Positions 32,447 through 34,503 of a DNA stretch of 34,503 nucleotides are shown here, piece after piece. A program made the translations under genes and the position numbers. Source of the DNA: a virus (Duplodnaviria; Caudoviricetes); the IMG/VR virus record IMGVR_UViG_3300045941_000095, positions 1-34,503 of that record. One strand, 5' to 3'. Numbering within the stretch: the first letter of the stretch is position 1; the number at the start of each line of letters is the position of its first letter. The notes below the pieces were generated by a model. It had not been told where the DNA came from and did not search any database. It saw only the letters and a program-made list of their open reading frames with translations.

Positions 32447-33802
32447 TTACTGTGCGAGATCACTCATCGCCTTGACGCCGAGAGTGCCAGCCGCGCCTAT
32501 CGCGGCCCCTTTCGCCAATGTTTTTCCGGCTTTTCTTAGCCGCGTTGGAATATTTTTACCCGTACCGATTCCAGCCGCATCCTTGACAACGCCACGCGTG
32601 AGCGCACGCTGCGCTTGGTACAAATTACCCCATCGAAGTTGATCTGCTGCCGCACCAGGAACCTTGCTCTTAATGGCCTGATTCAAGCCGCCATACATGT
32701 CGAGCATGACCCTGTTGAGATCCGCTTCGTATGGGTTCCCCTTCCATGCCGTACTGTCACCAATGCGCCTCTTGAGTGCATGCGCTTGTTCCGGCGTCAG
32801 GTTCTTCAGGTTTGGATATTCGGCCAAGATGTCATCGAGAATATTGGTCAACGATTCTTGGAAGGCCCGATCCGTGCGCTTCCCAATCCGCTTCGTGGCA
32901 TTATTCAGGGCATCCATGACTGTCGGCTCTGCGTCCACGATGACGCCCGCCTCACCCGCCTTCTGTAGTTTGGCTTCGAGTGATTTGCCCGCTTGCTCCA
33001 GCGCAGGCTTGACCTTGGCGATAGTCGCTTCCTTTGATGCGCCAGTCAGTCCCTCTTTGATGAGTTGCGCTCCAGGGTCGGCCCCATGCATCATGTCGTC
33101 TGCGGAAACGCCCATCCATTTATTGAGATTCGGAGCCGTGATATTGGCCGGAAGTTTGGCTTTTATTTTCTCGAAGACACCCGCACCCTTCGGCAGTGCT
33201 TCACCTTCATGGCTACGGAGAACGGTCTTCGGCCCGCCTGCAGCCAACTTACTCATACCGAGACCTGCCGCATTGACCGTGGCGTTTTGCGCCGCCTGAG
33301 CCCATTCCGGAGATTCCGGCAATACTTCCGGCCCCTGAGTGTTCGGCGCAATAAATTCACCGAGGCCGCGCCCGACTTGCCTTGCTGGCTGCGCTACCGA
33401 ATGGACTGCGCCTTGAACAAGACTCGATGCTAGCGGTCGCAGTGGGCCACCTGTCGCGATAGTCTTCAGCGCCTGCTCAGGAGTGCTGACCGATTCGACC
33501 GCGCTGGACATCGCGCCTGGAACTGCGCCAACCAATCCCTTGAACATATCAACAGGAGTCCGGAGAATCGCGCCCGTCTGCTTCAGTGCAACGTCGGAGG
33601 CCGGATCATCGCGATGCGCCGGTGCGAACATACGCGAATACCACGGCTGTGCTTCTGGAGTGGCATCGACTGGCATGCCATCCGACAATCCAAAACGCAG
33701 CGCAAGTTCGTCAACGATTTGTGCCTTTTCAGGCGGCAACGTATCCCGACGAGACAGCAACTCTTGAACGATGGCCTTTTTCTCGGGGTCTATTGCGCTC
33801 AC
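32447..33802 (-). CDS. Putative DNA ejection/internal virion protein
   Basis: Ala/Gly-rich helical protein at the end of the late operon, as for podovirus ejection proteins. Confidence 0.6.
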   Translation of the reverse strand: MSAIDPEKKAIVQELLSRRDTLPPEKAQIVDELALRFGLSDGMPVDATPEAQPWYSRMFAPAHRDDPASDVALKQTGAILRTPVDMFKGLVGAVPGAMSSAVESVSTPEQALKTIATGGPLRPLASSLVQGAVHSVAQPARQVGRGLGEFIAPNTQGPEVLPESPEWAQAAQNATVNAAGLGMSKLAAGGPKTVLRSHEGEALPKGAGVFEKIKAKLPANITAPNLNKWMGVSADDMMHGADPGAQLIKEGLTGASKEATIAKVKPALEQAGKSLEAKLQKAGEAGVIVDAEPTVMDALNNATKRIGKRTDRAFQESLTNILDDILAEYPNLKNLTPEQAHALKRRIGDSTAWKGNPYEADLNRVMLDMYGGLNQAIKSKVPGAAADQLRWGNLYQAQRALTRGVVKDAAGIGTGKNIPTRLRKAGKTLAKGAAIGAAGTLGVKAMSDLAQ

Positions 33803-34503
33803 TTCATCAACCTCTTTAGAAGTTCGTCGGTGGAAACATCCTTGAGGGCAGGATTTCCTCCTGAGCCGAATTCAGGCAGGCCAGCATTTTGTCGGATCAT
33901 TCTCCATTTCATTTCGGCGCTCTCGCTGGTATCTCGGTAGGCGTCGGGCACCAATGGGAGCCAGATTTGCAAAATGTCAGCGTCTGACGGTCGCGACCCC
34001 TGAGTAGCCACAGCCAATGCTCCGGCAATCGACTTACGCGCATCCTGATAGGTGCGGAATTCCGGATCTGTGCCGAAAACTGCCTCTGCTCCGCGCTTGA
34101 TGGCTTCGGCGCGTTGGGCTGGCCCAATACGTCGGACAATCTTGCGAGACAGTTCTTGGGCAGCGTCAATGGCGCGTGCCGTCGTGTTTCTGTTGGCGTC
34201 CTTATTCTTCATGTCCGCCGTACGGCCAGAGGCGAATTCGGAGCCGGGAATCTTCGGCACGATCTTGGTGACATCTTCACCCTTATCGTTGACAGTTTGA
34301 ATCACCACACTAGGCGGCACAACACGTTTACGGTTCGCGTCCTGCGTTTGCCATGCATCGAAAGAGAGCGGATTGCGACCGGCCTTTGTCTCCTGATCGA
34401 CATAGAAGTTGTATTCCTGAATCTGCGATGTTGGCGAACTGGATGACGCAGGCTTGGCAACCCAATCCTCAAAACGTTTAGGAGTTCTGCCCGCTTTTGT
34501 CTC
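33799..34503 (-). CDS. Partial CDS (runs off window end); putative DNA ejection protein
   Basis: Frame is open to 34503; G.RPSDAD motif; internal repeat ETKAGRTPKRFEDW / ETKAGRNPLSFDAW. Confidence 0.65.
   Translation of the reverse strand, partial: ETKAGRTPKRFEDWVAKPASSSSPTSQIQEYNFYVDQETKAGRNPLSFDAWQTQDANRKRVVPPSVVIQTVNDKGEDVTKIVPKIPGSEFASGRTADMKNKDANRNTTARAIDAAQELSRKIVRRIGPAQRAEAIKRGAEAVFGTDPEFRTYQDARKSIAGALAVATQGSRPSDADILQIWLPLVPDAYRDTSESAEMKWRMIRQNAGLPEFGSGGNPALKDVSTDELLKRLMK

Noticed and set aside
1-34503. tRNA genes, integrase, reverse transcriptase/DGR, ParAB, primase, helicase, DNA polymerase
   Set aside because: None recognised by eye; tRNAscan and HMM searches were not run and part of the genome lies outside the window

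Overview
The window is most of the genome of a tailed, P22-like (podovirus-type) temperate phage, probably circularly permuted; both ends cut through genes. Minus strand, right to left: terS (15.2 kb), small ORFs, terL, portal, scaffold, P22-type coat, two signal-peptide proteins, a TMTC-like GT-C glycosyltransferase with TPRs, a gp4-like head-tail adaptor, an Ig-like protein and a holin/GH108 endolysin cassette. The centre holds a plus-strand cluster of small genes including a QueD-like and a DpdA/TGT-like gene. A second minus-strand arm carries Cro-like, Xis-like, HNH, C5-methyltransferase, replication-protein-like, RNase HI and DUF1064 genes. Next come a CI-like repressor, a plus-strand recombination arm (RecT/Bet-like, HNH, PD-(D/E)xK exonuclease) and, at the right end, probable DNA-ejection proteins followed by phosphoesterase and MazG-like genes. 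The leading candidate for an undescribed system is a TMTC-type protein glycosyltransferase embedded in the virion operon beside secreted, Ser/Thr- and Cys-rich proteins. Also notable are a dif-like XerCD site beside terS with no integrase in view, and a ~500-nt promoter-driven structured region directly upstream of RNase H. All calls come from reading motifs by eye; no searches or folding programs were run.
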